Shown here: positions 44,824 through 58,619 of the stretch, piece by piece
How the letters are laid out: each line of letters starts with the position of its first letter
Position numbering within the stretch: the first letter of the stretch is position 1
Assembly (NCBI GenBank): GCA_964016885.1
Contig: OZ024766.1
Coordinates: forward strand, 21,886,001-21,950,000
DNA length: 64,000 nt
From: Eledone cirrhosa
Lineage: Eukaryota
Direction: 5' to 3'
Program-made: the position numbers and the translations under genes
Notes under the pieces: model-generated
What the model was told of the DNA's origin: nothing
The model's database searches: none
The model's input: the letters and a program-made list of their open reading frames with translations, nothing else

Positions 44824-45280
44824 CAATATTAAATAAATGGAAAACTATATTTATAAAACCATATTTATTTCATTATATATATTTCGGGGATATCATTTTA
44901 ACAATATGCTATGCCTTCATCAGACAAAATACAATATAAACAGTTTTATAGATAAATAGATTCGACATACCGTAATAACACCGACTTCATTTGAAGAGGT
45001 TTACGCTGGCAGCGTAAACCTCTTCAAATGAAGTCGGTGTTATTACGGTATGTCGAATCTATTTATCTATAAAACTGTTTATATTGTATTTTGTCTGATG
45101 AAGGCATAGCATATTGTTAATATGATATCCCCGAAATATATATAATGAAATAAATATGGTTTTATAAATATAGTTTTCCATTTATTTAATATTGTAAATA
45201 TACTCCAAATATTTGTCGAGTGCTTTTATATCAGTTATAAATATTTACTAGTTGTAACCCAACAATTTTAAATATAACTT

Positions 45281-45287
<7 letters not shown>
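44820..45287. mobile_element. near-perfect palindrome (~185-bp arms) of Penelope-LTR-like sequence
   Basis: Centre GAAGAGGTTTACGCTG-G-CAGCGTAAACCTCTTC at ~45009; hammerheads at 44867-44930 (-) and 45088-45151 (+). Confidence 0.72.
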
Positions 45288-45373
<86 letters not shown>

Positions 45374-45647
45374 GTTGGTCCCGGGTTGAGTCGGGGATAA
45401 CCACAGTAAGTAAGGTACTCAATACATGGCAGAGTAAAAATTTTTTTATTTTATAGAAGGAGCTTCTACAGGTCTAGTACTGTTTCATTCAGATGAAATC
45501 TCCAGGAATATATATAGAGGGTCGGACGCCGTCTGAGTTCAAATCCCGCCGAGGTTAACTTTGCCTTTTATCCTTACGGGGTCGATAAAATAAAGTACCA
45601 GTAATGTACTGGGTTATTGCTGGCCTTGTGCCTAAAGTAGAAACAAT

Positions 45648-45705
<58 letters not shown>

Positions 45706-45976
45706 ATCAAAAGATGGTTAAAAGAGTTCCATGTATTTTATTATGCGCATTTCAAAAACAAATATCATCATGGGATGATATTTGTGTTCTCATCAGATAA
45801 AATAGGGAGACATGGTATGAAGCTTAAAACACACTTGCGAGCAGGGAAGCGTTAAATCAACATATATTATTGCCAAGGTTAAGTTTGCCTTTCATCCTTA
45901 CGGGGTCGATAAAATAAAGTACCAGTAATACACTGAGTTAATTGCTGGCCTTGTGCCTAAAGTAGAAACAATTATT

Positions 45977-46009
<33 letters not shown>

Positions 46010-46077
46010 TGTGTATGTGAGAGAGATACAGAGAGAGAGAGATGAGGGAAAGTAGGAGAGAAATAAACAGCAACAAC

Positions 46078-46132
<55 letters not shown>

Positions 46133-46422
46133 AAGGGAGGGAAAAGAAAGAGGTTAATAGTTTAAACGAAGGTGCAAAAAAAAAAGACAGATAGATAGAT
46201 ATTATAAAGGAGAGGAGGAGGGTAAAAGTGAGAGATAAGGAATTAGAAGAGAGAGGGGGGAAATAGATAGACAGTAAAACCTTGAAGGAGGGTGACTGTG
46301 AGGTAATATATATAAATATAGAGAGAGTAACAGTAGGGGGAGTGTGAGAGAAAGAGACAGAGTTTAAAGGTAGAGAGAGAAAAGATAGATAGATATATAT
46401 TGTGAAGGAGAAGAGTGTGAGG

Positions 46423-46458
<36 letters not shown>

Positions 46459-47017
46459 AGAAAGGGAGGAGAGTGAGAGAAAAAGATACAGAAATATAAG
46501 GGAGGGAGAAGAAAGAGTTTGATAGCTTAGAGGGAGGTGTTGTGAGAAAGACGATAGATTAATACTTTATAGAGAGGAGAGTGTGAGTAAGTATGTAAAC
46601 AGTAAGAAGAGGAGGAGAGTGAAAGGAAGAGATATAAAAGTATAAGGGAGGGGGAAGAAAGAGGTTAAGAGTTTAGACGGAGGTGTTGTGAGAAAGACGA
46701 CACATTAATACTTCATAGAGAGGAGAGTGTGAGTAAGTATGTAAACAGTAAGAAGGGGAGGAGAGTGAGAGGGAGAAAGAGATACAGAAATAATAGGGAG
46801 GGGAAGAAAGAGATTAAGAGTTTAGAGGGATGTGTTGTGAGAAAGACGATAGATACATAGTAATAAAGGAGAGAGAAAGATACATAAATAAACGGGAGGA
46901 AGAGTATGAGTGAAAGGAAGAGAGTAGTGGGGGGTGAATGCATGAGAGAAGAGGAGGAAGTTACATTACTAGAGAGGGAAAGAGTAAGAATATAGATAGA
47001 GAGATAGATAGACAGAT

Positions 47018-47074
<57 letters not shown>

Positions 47075-47258
47075 TAGATAGAGAGAGAGTGAGATAGAGA
47101 GAGATAGATAGAGAGAGAGAGAGAGATAGATAGATAGACAGATAAGACAGATAGAGAGATAGGGAGAGAGAGAGAGGAGTGGGGGAGAGAATGACATGTG
47201 ACCTCGACAGAGAATCGAACTCGGAACGTAAAGGGACGTAACTGCGACTTTATCGATT

Positions 47259-47330
<72 letters not shown>

Positions 47331-47377
47331 GTGTGTGTGTGCATGTGATTATGTAAACAAACATATATACATGTGTG

Positions 47378-47411
<34 letters not shown>

Positions 47412-47438
47412 TGTATGTATATACACACACACTCACAC

Positions 47439-47469
<31 letters not shown>

Positions 47470-47575
47470 TACACATATATACATACATATATATATGCAG
47501 ACACACACACACATACGAATACATACATATATACATATATATACATACATAAATAAATAAAATAAATAAAAATAT

Positions 47576-47634
<59 letters not shown>

Positions 47635-47637
47635 CAC

Positions 47638-47671
<34 letters not shown>

Positions 47672-47818
47672 AGGATGCATGTATGTATTAAAAATATATA
47701 TACACAAATACATACATATATATACTAGATGCATGTATGTATAAAAAATATATATACACAAATATATACACACATATATTTATAGGTTCTATATGTGTAT
47801 ATGACAGTGAGGGAATAT

Positions 47819-47972
47819 TGACCAATGGGAGGCGAGTTTCTATTCACTCCGACTCGCTGCTCACAAGAAGTGTTCATCCGACATATTGGTTTCAAGAGAA
47901 GCATCTGTTCATGAGTTGCAGAGATCTTTGCCTACCCCAACAGTTTCTGGGCCCCAGGATTTATAGATGAAG
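47819..47972 (+). promoter_or_regulatory. CNOT6: candidate CNOT6 promoter (CCAAT box) and non-coding first exon
   Basis: TGACCAATGGG at ~47819-47830, then unique sequence ending in donor GAAG|GTCAGT at 47972/47973; the CNOT6 ATG exon has an acceptor, so a 5' exon is required. Confidence 0.5.
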
Positions 47973-48347
47973 GTCAGTCACACATTATATACACCCTACA
48001 TGTCTCATATATATACATATATATACGTATATGTGTGTATATATATATATATTGAGCATTTGGTACGTGTGCCTCTGGTATTGTGTATATAGAGATAGAG
48101 AGAGATGTATGTATATATGTGTGTATATATTTATATATGCACTCATATATACATATATGTGTGTGTGTATATATACCCCTGGATTTTGTTTGTGTTGTGA
48201 ATGTATATATAACTATATATATATAGTTATTGTTGTGTATATATATATATATATATATAGTGTATATATATATATGATCTTGAGATATATATATATATAT
48301 ATGATGTGAGATCGTTTATATATATATATGTAGATATGTGTATATAT

Positions 48348-48395
<48 letters not shown>

Positions 48396-48539
48396 TATAT
48401 ATTGTATATATATATATAGTTGCAGGTATATATGTTTGTAATATTGAGATCTATATATATATATATATGTATATATATATCTATCTATATATATATATAT
48501 ATATAAGGAAAATATAAATATAAGTATATAAATGTATGG

Positions 48540-48588
<49 letters not shown>

Positions 48589-48714
48589 AATGTATAACCC
48601 CCTCAGATCTCCTGGACTTGCCTTCTCCCCTGCCCCTGCCCTTGATGAGTTTGTGAACCACCCAAGGTAGCTTAAATCACCCCTAGCTAAGATTATTGGT
48701 CAAAGCATGCGGCC

Positions 48715-49330
48715 CTGAGGCCCCTATCTTTAAAACACCCAAGAAACCTTTCATCAAGAGAGAACTGGGGTCCCTATCATTGAAACACCCAAGGAACCTT
48801 TACTTATGAGAAATCTGAGGCCCATGTCATTAAAACATCCAAGAAACCTTTCATCAAGAGAGAACTGGGGTCCCTATCATTAAAACACACAAGAAACCTT
48901 TACTTATGAGAAATCTGAGGCCCCTGTCATTAAAACATCCAAGAAACCTTTCCTCTAGGGAGAACTGAGGTCCCTAAATAAAGTGTCTTGCTCAAGGACA
49001 TAACGCATCGTTCGTTCCAGGAATCAAAGTCACAACCTCACGATTGCACATCTAATTCTCTAAGCGACGTGCCATCATATGATTGGGGTCCCTATCTCTA
49101 AAATGGCCAACAAAGCTTTTCATGGGGCTTTCTGTGGGGTGCAACACTGTAAGGGGCCAGTTAAACCTACATTGATGTGAGCTCTAACAACAATAGCATC
49201 ATCACCATCTTAAAAAACTCAAGAAATCCCTTTTCATGAGAAGACTGGGTGGCCCCCTATCAGTAAAACACCCAAGAAATCTCCTTTTCGTGATATGGCT
49301 AGGGACCCTATCAGTAAAACGCACAAGAAA
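48715..49330. repeat. degenerate ~40/80-bp tandem repeat with an inserted SINE piece
   Basis: AAGAAACCTTTCATCAAGAGAGAACTGGGGTCCCTATCATTAAAACACCC units; SINE remnant at 48976-49070. Confidence 0.65.
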
Positions 49331-49796
49331 CCTGTGAAATACAACCTCCCTAAGAGGAACAGCTAAACCTGACAGCTGCCCTTGTACTGGTGATCTACAT
49401 TATAAAAAGTACCCAGAATGTTGTAAAGTAATTAGTGTAAGGAAGGGCAAACAGCCGTAGAAAGCTTGCCAAACAAGGGGTTTTGTGGACCCTTCAGTTT
49501 GTGCTAAAAGACAGGTTGGTAAAATAGTGCAGTCACAAGGTGTAGGTTATTTATCCAGGTTTGATTTACAAAGATTGCCGCATGTAGTTGAAGGGGTCAA
49601 CAAACAGAGGTATGAAAGTCTTATTAGTTTCACGCTTTATATGGAAAAGAGGAAAGAAAGTTCTCTTTTTTGTACTCCCGAAGAAGAGCGTAAGCCCGAC
49701 ACGTCAAACGTTTTGTCCTCTTTTCCGATGTAAAGCATGAAACTAGGAAGACTTTTTGTACCTCTGTTTGTTATCTCTTTGAACTATATATATATC

Positions 49797-50245
49797 ATCA
49801 TCATCATCATTTGTCGACTACTGTCGAGATGATGGATCTCACCCTCATGCCCCAGAATTCCCTGTCCCCCATCACCGCCCCCCCAGGTCCTGTCTACTGA
49901 TTCCCGTATCCCTAGAGATAACGTCAGGGAATGACAGCTTCCTACTCCTAGTCAGGCTGGAGTCAGGGTTCCAGAGCAAGAGAGCAGATATGATTTCATT
50001 GCTGGCATGGTGACAGGGGCCAGCAAATTGAGCTCTCCGGGATTTTAGAAGGGCAGAGGCTCGAGGGAGTTTGCCATAGATTTTAGACAAGGTGGGATGT
50101 CGTTTCCAGGATAGGTTTTGCACTCTCATTAAGAGGCGGGTATATGTGCCATCCAATCTCCTCTCAGAGTCAGGGTTCCAGAGCAAGAGAGCGGATATGA
50201 TTTCATTGCTGGCACGGTGACTGGCCAGCAAATTGAACTCTCCGG
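49797..50245 (-). mobile_element. 3' fragment of a second LINE family (RTE-group)
   Basis: LDGTYTRLLMRVQNLSWKRHPT..RRAQFAG, with a (GAT)n tail. Confidence 0.75.
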
Positions 50246-50646
50246 TATTTTATATATATATATAGTAATAATAATAATAATAATAATAAATGTGAAGACT
50301 AAAATCTGAAGAGGGCTCGCAAGGGTGGGATGGGTCCTATTCAGCACAGCATCTCTCCACTTGTCACGGTCCTTCGTCATCTCCACCGTGAGCTTCAGCG
50401 ATCTGAGGTCTGTCCATGCTATGTGTGTGTGTGTGTGTGCTATGTGTATGTATGTGTGTGTGTGTGTATATGTACATATATATATATCTGTATGTTTTTA
50501 TAAATATAGTTTCCATTTATTTAATATCATTGAATATTATACTCCAGAAAACTTGTTGAGTGCTCTGAATCAGTTATAAACATTTATATTTGTTGAATTA
50601 CCAAGAAATTGAATATCCCTTTTGCTTATATATATAAATATATATA

Positions 50647-53600
50647 CTAGCAGCAGTACGCAGCGTTGCCTGGGTAGGTAAAATAATATCTGCTTTGATG
50701 AAAAGGTGTTGATCTTAGCGACTGCTTCTCGATGACTCATCTATGGCCACATGCAGGGAAGGGTGGTGATGACCTCTATCACTGAGAGACGCGGGTCACT
50801 GACGAAGGGGCATGCTGGGAGAGGGAGTTTCGAATTAGAACAAAATCGGTTTAAAAATGTGGGAGCTAGAGCTGAAAAGGTGGTATTTTCGAATATTTAA
50901 GCGGCTGCCACGCCATTCCTGAACAAAAATTCCAAAATGTAAAGCCACTTTAAGACGTGAAATAAGCAGATCTAGCGTCGTGTAAAATTTGAACAAAGTA
51001 GGTTGATTAATGTGGGAGCTAGAGCTGAAAAAGTGGAAATTTGAGTTTAAAAATGGAAATTTGAGTCTAAAAGTGGTATTTTTGAATATTTAAGTGGCTG
51101 CCACGCCGTTCCTGAACAGAAACTCCAAAATGTAAAGCCACTTTAAGACGTGAAATAAGCAGATCTAGCGTCGTGTAAAATTTGAACAAAGTAGGTTGAT
51201 TAATGTGGGAGCTAGAGCTGAAAAATGGAAATTTGAGTTTAAAAATGGAAATTTGAGTCTAAAAGTGGTATTTTTGAATATTTAAGTGGCTGCCACGCCG
51301 TTCCTGAACAGAAACTCCAAAATGTAAAGCCACTTTAAGACGTGAAATAAGCAGATCTAGCGTCGTGTAAAATTTGAACAAAGTAGGTTGATTAATGTGG
51401 GAGCTAGAGCTGAAAAATGGAAATTTGAGTTTAAAAATGGAAATTTGAGTCTAAAAGTGGTATTTTTGAATATTTAAGTGGCTGCCACGCCGTTCCTGAA
51501 CAGAAACTCCAAAATGTAAAGCCACTTTAAGACGTGAAATAAGCAGATCTAGCGTCGTGTAAAATTTGAACAAAGTAGGTTGATTAATGTGGGAGCTAGA
51601 GCTGAAAAATGGAAATTTGAGTTTAAAAATGGAAATTTGAGTCTAAAAGTGGTATTTTTGAATATTTAAGTGGCTGCCACGCCGTTCCTGAACAGAAACT
51701 CCAAAATGTAAAGCCACTTTAAGACGTGAAATAAGCAGATCTAGCGTCGTGTAAAATTTGAACAAAGTAGGTTGATTAATGTGGGAGCTAGAGCTGAAAA
51801 ATGGAAATTTGAGTTTAAAAATGGAAATTTGAGTCTAAAAGTGGTATTTTTGAATATTTAAGTGGCTGCCACGCCGTTCCTGAACAGAAACTCCAAAATG
51901 TAAAGCCACTTTAAGACGTGAAATAAGCAGATCTAGCGTTGTGTAAAATTTGAACAAAGTAGGTTTTTTTAATGTGGGAGCTAGAGCTGAAAAATGGAAA
52001 TTTGAGTTTAAAAATGGAAATTTGAGTCTAAAAGTGGTATTTTTGGATATTTAAGTGGCTGCCACGCCGTTCCTGAACAGAAACTCCAAAATGTAAAGCC
52101 ACTTTAAGACGTGAAATAAGCAGATCTAGCGTCGTGTAAAATTTGAACAAAGTAGGTTGATTAATGTGGGAGCTAGAGCTGAAAAATGGAAATTTGAGTT
52201 TAAAAATGGAAATTTGAGTCTAAAAGTGGTATTTTTGAATATTTAAGTGGCTGCCACGCCGTTCCTGAACAGAAACTCCAAAATGTAAAGCCACTTTAAG
52301 ACGTGAAATAAGCAGATCTAGCGTCGTGTAAAATTTGAACAAAGTAGGTTGATTAATGTGGGAGCTAGAGCTGAAAAATGGAAATTTGAGTTTAAAAATG
52401 GAAATTTGAGTCTAAAAGTGGTATTTTTGAATATTTAAGTGGCTGCCACGCCGTTCCTGAACAGAAACTCCAAAATGTAAAGCCACTTTAAGACGTGAAA
52501 TAAGCAGATCTAGCGTTGTGTAAAATTTGAACAAAGTAGGTTTTTTTAATGTGGGAGCTAGAGCTGAAAAATGGAAATTTGAGTTTAAAAATGGAAATTT
52601 GAGTCTAAAAGTGGTATTTTTGAATATTTAAGTGGCTGCCACGCCGTTCCTGAACAGAAACTCCAAAATGTAAAGCCACTTTAAGACGTGAAATAAGCAG
52701 ATCTAGCGTCGTGTAAGATTTGAACAAAGTAGGTTGATTAATGTGGGAGCTAGAGCTGAAAAATGGAAATTTGAGTTTAAAAATGGAAATTTGAGTCTAA
52801 AAGTGGTATTTTTGAATATTTAAGTGGCTGCCACGCCGTTCCTGAACAGAAACTCCAAAATGTAAAGCCACTTTAAGACGTGAAATAAGCAGATCTAGCG
52901 TCGTGTAAAATTTGAACAAAGTAGGTTGATTAATGTGGGAGCTAGAGCTGAAAAATGGAAATTTGAGTTTAAAAATGGAAATTTGAGTCTAAAAGTGGTA
53001 TTTTTGAATATTTAAGTGGCTGCCATGCCGTTCCTGAACAGAAGCTCCAAAATGTAAAGCCACTTTAAGACGTGAAATAAGCAGATCTAGCGTCGTGTAA
53101 GATTTGAACAAAGTAGGTTGATTAATGTGGGAGCTAGAGCTGAAAAAGTGGAAATTTGAGTTTAAAAGTGGTATTTTTGAATATTTAAGCGGCTGCCACG
53201 CCGTTCCTGAACAGAAACTCCAAAATGTAAAGCCACTTTAAGACGTGAAATAAGCAGATCTAGCGTCGTGTAAAATTTGAACAAAGTAGGTTGATTAATG
53301 TGGGAGCTAGAGCTGAAAAATGGAAATTTGAGTTTAAAAATGGAAATTTGAGTCTAAAAGTGGTATTTTTGAATATTTAAGTGGCTGCCACGCCGTTCCT
53401 GAACAGAAACTCCAAAATGTAAAGCCACTTTAAGACGTGAAATAAGCAGATCTAGCGTCGTGTAAGATTTGAACAAAGTAGGTTGATTAATGTGGGAGCT
53501 AGAGCTAAAAAATGGAAATTTGAGTCTAAAAGTGGAAATTTGAGTTTAAAAGTGGTATTTTTGAATATTTAAGCGGCTGCCATGCCGTCCCTGAACAACA

Positions 53601-53923
53601 AATGTAAAATATAAAGCCATTACAGGATGTGCAATGATAAATTCTATTTTGCTTTAAAATTTGAACGAAATCGGTGGCAAAATGTGGGAGCTAGAGGTAA
53701 AAAATTTTATTTTTTTGATTCCTAAAAAAAAGTGATTTTTTATCTGCAGAATGATCCCGGAATAAAAAAACGATACGCTGATATATAGAAAACCAGCCAG
53801 AAAGACCCCTATTTGAGCGAGACACGCTGATCTATGAGCCTGTAAAGTTTCATGAAAATCGGTCGTAAGATGTAGGCCCCTATAGGTAATACACAGACGT
53901 ACTTAATTTTATATATATACAGA
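50647..53923 (-). mobile_element. non-autonomous Helitron-like element with a central 192-bp tandem array (about 14 copies)
   Basis: Minus strand: A|TCTGTATATATATAAAA 5' end; 3' hairpin CCCAGGCAACGCTGCG then CTAG|T; no TSD; array ~50860-53600. Confidence 0.8.
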
Positions 53924-54084
53924 TATACATACATATATATATAGGAACCAGTAAGACCCCGACAGCTGAGCTCAAGCCGTTTCGACGGCTAATTCTGGAC
54001 TCAGAATTACCCACTCTACTACCTCAAGTATTGAGTACTTTGGTGCGTTATGGTCCACCTGGTTCCTTACCACACTTCCTTCGT

Positions 54085-54128
<44 letters not shown>

Positions 54129-54380
54129 ATATATAATCATCATCATCATCATCATATATATATATATATTCATGTATATATTTGTGTCAGGGTTATTGTG
54201 TCTTTTGTTTATGTAGACAGATGGCAGTTTCTATAACAAACTTTGTCTGTATACGCACACACGCACACACACACACACATATATATATGTACTCACTAGA
54301 CAGGTGATATATATATATAGGCTGTCTGCGAGAACTAGGTGATGTGTGTGTGTGTTTGTGTATATATATATAATATAATA

Positions 54381-54425
<45 letters not shown>

Positions 54426-54646
54426 ACACGGCAAAAGGCACCCAGCCCACACTGTCGATGTGGTTGGTGTTAAGAAGGGCATACAGCTGTAGAAACCCAA
54501 CCAGAAACAGCCCTATTTGAGCGAGACACGGTCACCTGACACAACTTGCCTCTAAATGGGACCCGTCTAACCCATGCTAGCGTGGAAGATGGACGTTAAT
54601 CGATGATGATGATGATATATATATATGTATATATATACATATTTAA

Positions 54647-56568
54647 CCCTTTAGCATTTACATTACTCTATATATACTGTTGTATTGTCACAGTAAAGGC
54701 TTTACCTCACATAATATCTCACATAACATTTACATTACTCTATATATACTATTGTATTGTCACAGTAAAGGCTTTACCTCACATAATATCTCACATAACA
54801 TTTACATTACTCTATATATACTATTGTATTGTCACAGTAAAGGCTTTACCTCACATAACATTTACATTACTCTATATATACTATTGTATTTTCACAGTAA
54901 AGGCTTTACCTCACATAATATCTCACATAACATTTACATTACTCTATATATACTATTGTATTGTCACAGTAAAGGCTTTACCTCACATAATACCTCACAT
55001 AACATTTACATTACTCTATATATACTATTGTATTGTCACAGTAAAGGCTTTACCTCACATAATATCTCACATAACATTTACATTACTCTATATATACTAT
55101 TGTATTGTCACAGTAAAGGCTTTATCTCACATAATATCTCACATAACATTTACATTACTCTATATATACTATTGTATTGTCACAGTAAAGGCTTTACCTC
55201 ACATAATATCTCACATAACATCTACATTACTCTATATATACTACTGTATTGTCACAGTAAAGGCTTTACCTCACATAATACCTCACATAACATTTACATT
55301 ACTCTATATATACTATTGTATTGTCACAGTAAAGGCTTTACCTCACATAATATCTCACATAACATCTACATTACTCTATATATACTATTATATTGTCACA
55401 GTAAAGGCTTTACCTCACATAATATCTCACATAACATTTACATTACTCTATATATACTATTGTATTGTCACAGTAAAGGCTTTACGTCACATAATATCTC
55501 ACATAACATCTACATTACTCTATATATACTATTGTATTGTCACAGTAAAGGCTTTACCTCACATAATATCTCACATAACATTTACATTACTCTATATATA
55601 CTATTGTATTGTCACAGTAAAGGCTTTACGTCACATAATATCTCACATAACATCTACATTACTCTATATATACTATTGTATTGTCACAGTAAAGGCTTTA
55701 CCTCACATAATATCTCACATAACATTTACATTACTCTATATATACTATTGTATTGTCACAGTAAAGGCTTTACCTCACATAATATCTCACATAACATCTA
55801 CATTACTCTATATATACTATTGTATTGTCACAGTAAAGGCTTTACCTCACATAATATCTCACATAACATCTACATTACTCTATATATACTATTGTATTGT
55901 CACAGTAAAGGCTTTACCTCACATAATATCTCACATAACATCTACATTACTCTATATATACTATTGTATTGTCACAGTAAAGGCTTTACCTCACATAATA
56001 CCTCACATAACATTTACATTACTCTATATATACTATTGTATTGTCACAGTAAAGGCTTTACCTCACATAATACCTCACATAACATTTACATTACTCTATA
56101 TATACTATTGTATTGTCACAGTAAAGGCTTTACCTCACATAATATCTCACATAACATTTACATTACTCTATATATACTATTGTATTGTCACAGTAAAGGC
56201 TTTACCTCACATAATATCTCACATAACATTTACATACTCTATATATACTATTGTATTGTCACAGTAAAGGCTTTACCTCACATAATATCTCACATAACAT
56301 TACATTACTCTATATATACTATTGTATTGTCACAGTAAAGGCTTTACCTCACATAATACCTCACATAACATCTACATTACTCTATATATACTATTGTATT
56401 GTCACAGTAAAGGCTTTACCTCACATAATATCAAAGCTATGAAATTTTGATATTATTTATTTTGAGAACAATACCTTAACATAAGTATGAGCAGCCAGTT
56501 ACAGCTGGTTTGAACAGAAAGAGGTGAGGGAATTCTGGCCGGATATGACCGGTTTAAATGCTAAAGGG
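54647..56568. mobile_element. piggyBac-like MITE containing a 72-bp tandem array (about 24 copies)
   Basis: TTAA|CCCTTTAGCATTTA ... TAAATGCTAAAGGG; a related unexpanded right end at ~59490-59698 finishes AAAGGG|TTAA. Confidence 0.7.
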
Positions 56569-56863
56569 GCATATATATATATATATATATGAATGTATGT
56601 AAGATATATATATATATGTGAGATATATATATATATATATGTCAAAAACATAGACATACTTTTTTCTTCTCTGTTTTTTCTTTGCTTGTTTCCTTAAAGT
56701 TTATCCTTTATTCCGTTTGTATACCTCTATTGTGCAATTTACACCTGAAGATGTTCTCGGCTTCTTATGCAACCCAGCCACTGGAATGTACATAGTGTTT
56801 GCAGAAATAGACAATTAACGAAATTCAACATATTTGTCCTCCTGTCATTTCATTTTATAATAT

Positions 56864-58380
56864 CATCATCATCATCATTTTACGTCCACTTTTCTCTGCT
56901 TGCAAGGGTGGGACGGGTCCTATTCAGCACAGCATCTCTCCACTTGTCACGGTCCATCGTCATCTCCTCCGTGAGCTTCAGCGATCTGAGGTCTGCTCTC
57001 ACCACCTCCGCCCATGTTTTTCGTGGTCTTCCTCTACTGCGTCTTCCTTCTACTGGGATTTCTTGGCACTTCTTTACCTAGCGGTCATCCTCCATGTTAC
57101 TCTCTCAACACATCACATGTCCATACCATCTCAGTCTCCTCTCCCACACACCACAACTTATCCCTCTTATACCCAGTTTCTCTCTCAACACATCACATGT
57201 CCATACCATCTCAGTCATCTCTCCCACACACCACAACTTATCCCTCTTATACACAGTTTCTCTCTCAACACATCACATGTCCATACCATCTCAGTCTCCT
57301 CTCCCACACACCACAACTTATCCCTCTTATACCCAGTTCCTCTCTCAACTCATCACATGTCCATACCATCTCAGTCTTCTCTCCCACACACCACAACTTA
57401 TCCCTCTTATACCCAGTTCCTCTCTCAACTCATCACATGTCCATACCACCTCAGTCTTCTCTCCCACACACCACAACTTATCCCTCTTATACCCAGTTCC
57501 TCTCTCAACTCATCACATGTCCATACCATCTCAGTCTTCTCTCCCACACACCACAACTTATCCCTCTTATACCCAGTTCCTCTCTCAACTCATCACATGT
57601 CCATACCACCTCAGTCTTCTCTCCCACACACCACAACTTATCCCTCTTATACCCAGTTCCTCTCTCAACTCATCACATGTCCATACCACCTCAGTCTTCT
57701 CTCCCACACACCACAACTTATCCCTCTTATACCCAGTTCCTCTCTCAACTCATCACATGTCCATACCATCTCAGTCTTCTCTCCCACACACCACAACTTA
57801 TCCCTCTTATACCCAGTTTCTCTCTCAACTCATCACATGTCCATACCATCTCAGTCTTCTCTCCCACACACCACAACTTATCCCTCTTATACACAGTTTC
57901 TCTCTCAACACATCACATGTCCATACCACCTCAGTCTTCTCTCCCACACACCACAACTTATCCCTCTTATACCCAGTTCCTCTCTCAACTCATCACATGT
58001 CCATACCATCTCAGTCTTCTCTCCCACACACCACAACTTATCCCTCTTATACCCAGTTTCTCTCTCAACTCATCACATGTCCATACCATCTCAGTCTTCT
58101 CTCCCACACACCACAACTTATCCCTCTTATACACAGTTTCTCTCTCAACACATCACATGTCCATACCACCTCAGTCTTCTCTCCCACACACCACAACTTA
58201 TCCCTCTTATACCCAGTTTCCCTTTCAACTCATCACATGTCCATACCATCTTAGTCTTCTCTCCCACACACCACAACTTATCCCTCTTATACACAGTTTC
58301 TCTCTCAACTCGTCTATGCTTGGTCGTTCACACACATTGACATTGCACACCCAACGGAGCATGCTTGCCTCATTTCTCTA
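56864..58380 (-). mobile_element. RTE 3' fragment with an 80-bp internal segment tandemly amplified about 15 times (57095-58310)
   Basis: The unit's reverse complement encodes [26 protein letters not shown]; flanks continue the RTE ORF and tail. Confidence 0.88.
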
Positions 58381-58497
58381 AGTGTGTGTATATATATATA
58401 TATACACATATATACACACATGCTTATATGTATATATGAGTGTATATAATGATAATATATATTAATTATTGTTTGATTTTGTTCAGCTGCTTCGAAG

Positions 58498-58609
58498 ATG
58501 CCCAAAGATAAATACGAATCTTGCAATCCACGTAGAAATTACAGCATCATGTCTTCAGAAGATTTAGCATCAGGCAAGAAGTCAGAGTGGTATGAATTGG
58601 AGATATCAG
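58498..58609 (+). CDS. CNOT6: CCR4-NOT subunit 6 (CCR4 deadenylase), first coding exon
   Basis: MPKDKYESCNPRRNYSIMSSEDLASGKKSEWYELEISG matches the CNOT6/6L N-terminus; acceptor at 58485-58486; donor G|GTAGGT. Confidence 0.93.
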
Positions 58610-58619
58610 GTAGGTTATC

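Noticed and set aside
56745-56835. CTGAAGA...GAAA possible hammerhead with a long helix II
   Set aside because: Could not build convincing helices I-III by eye
54603-58381. 550-aa and 400-450-aa repeat ORFs
   Set aside because: Frames through 72-bp and 80-bp intronic tandem arrays
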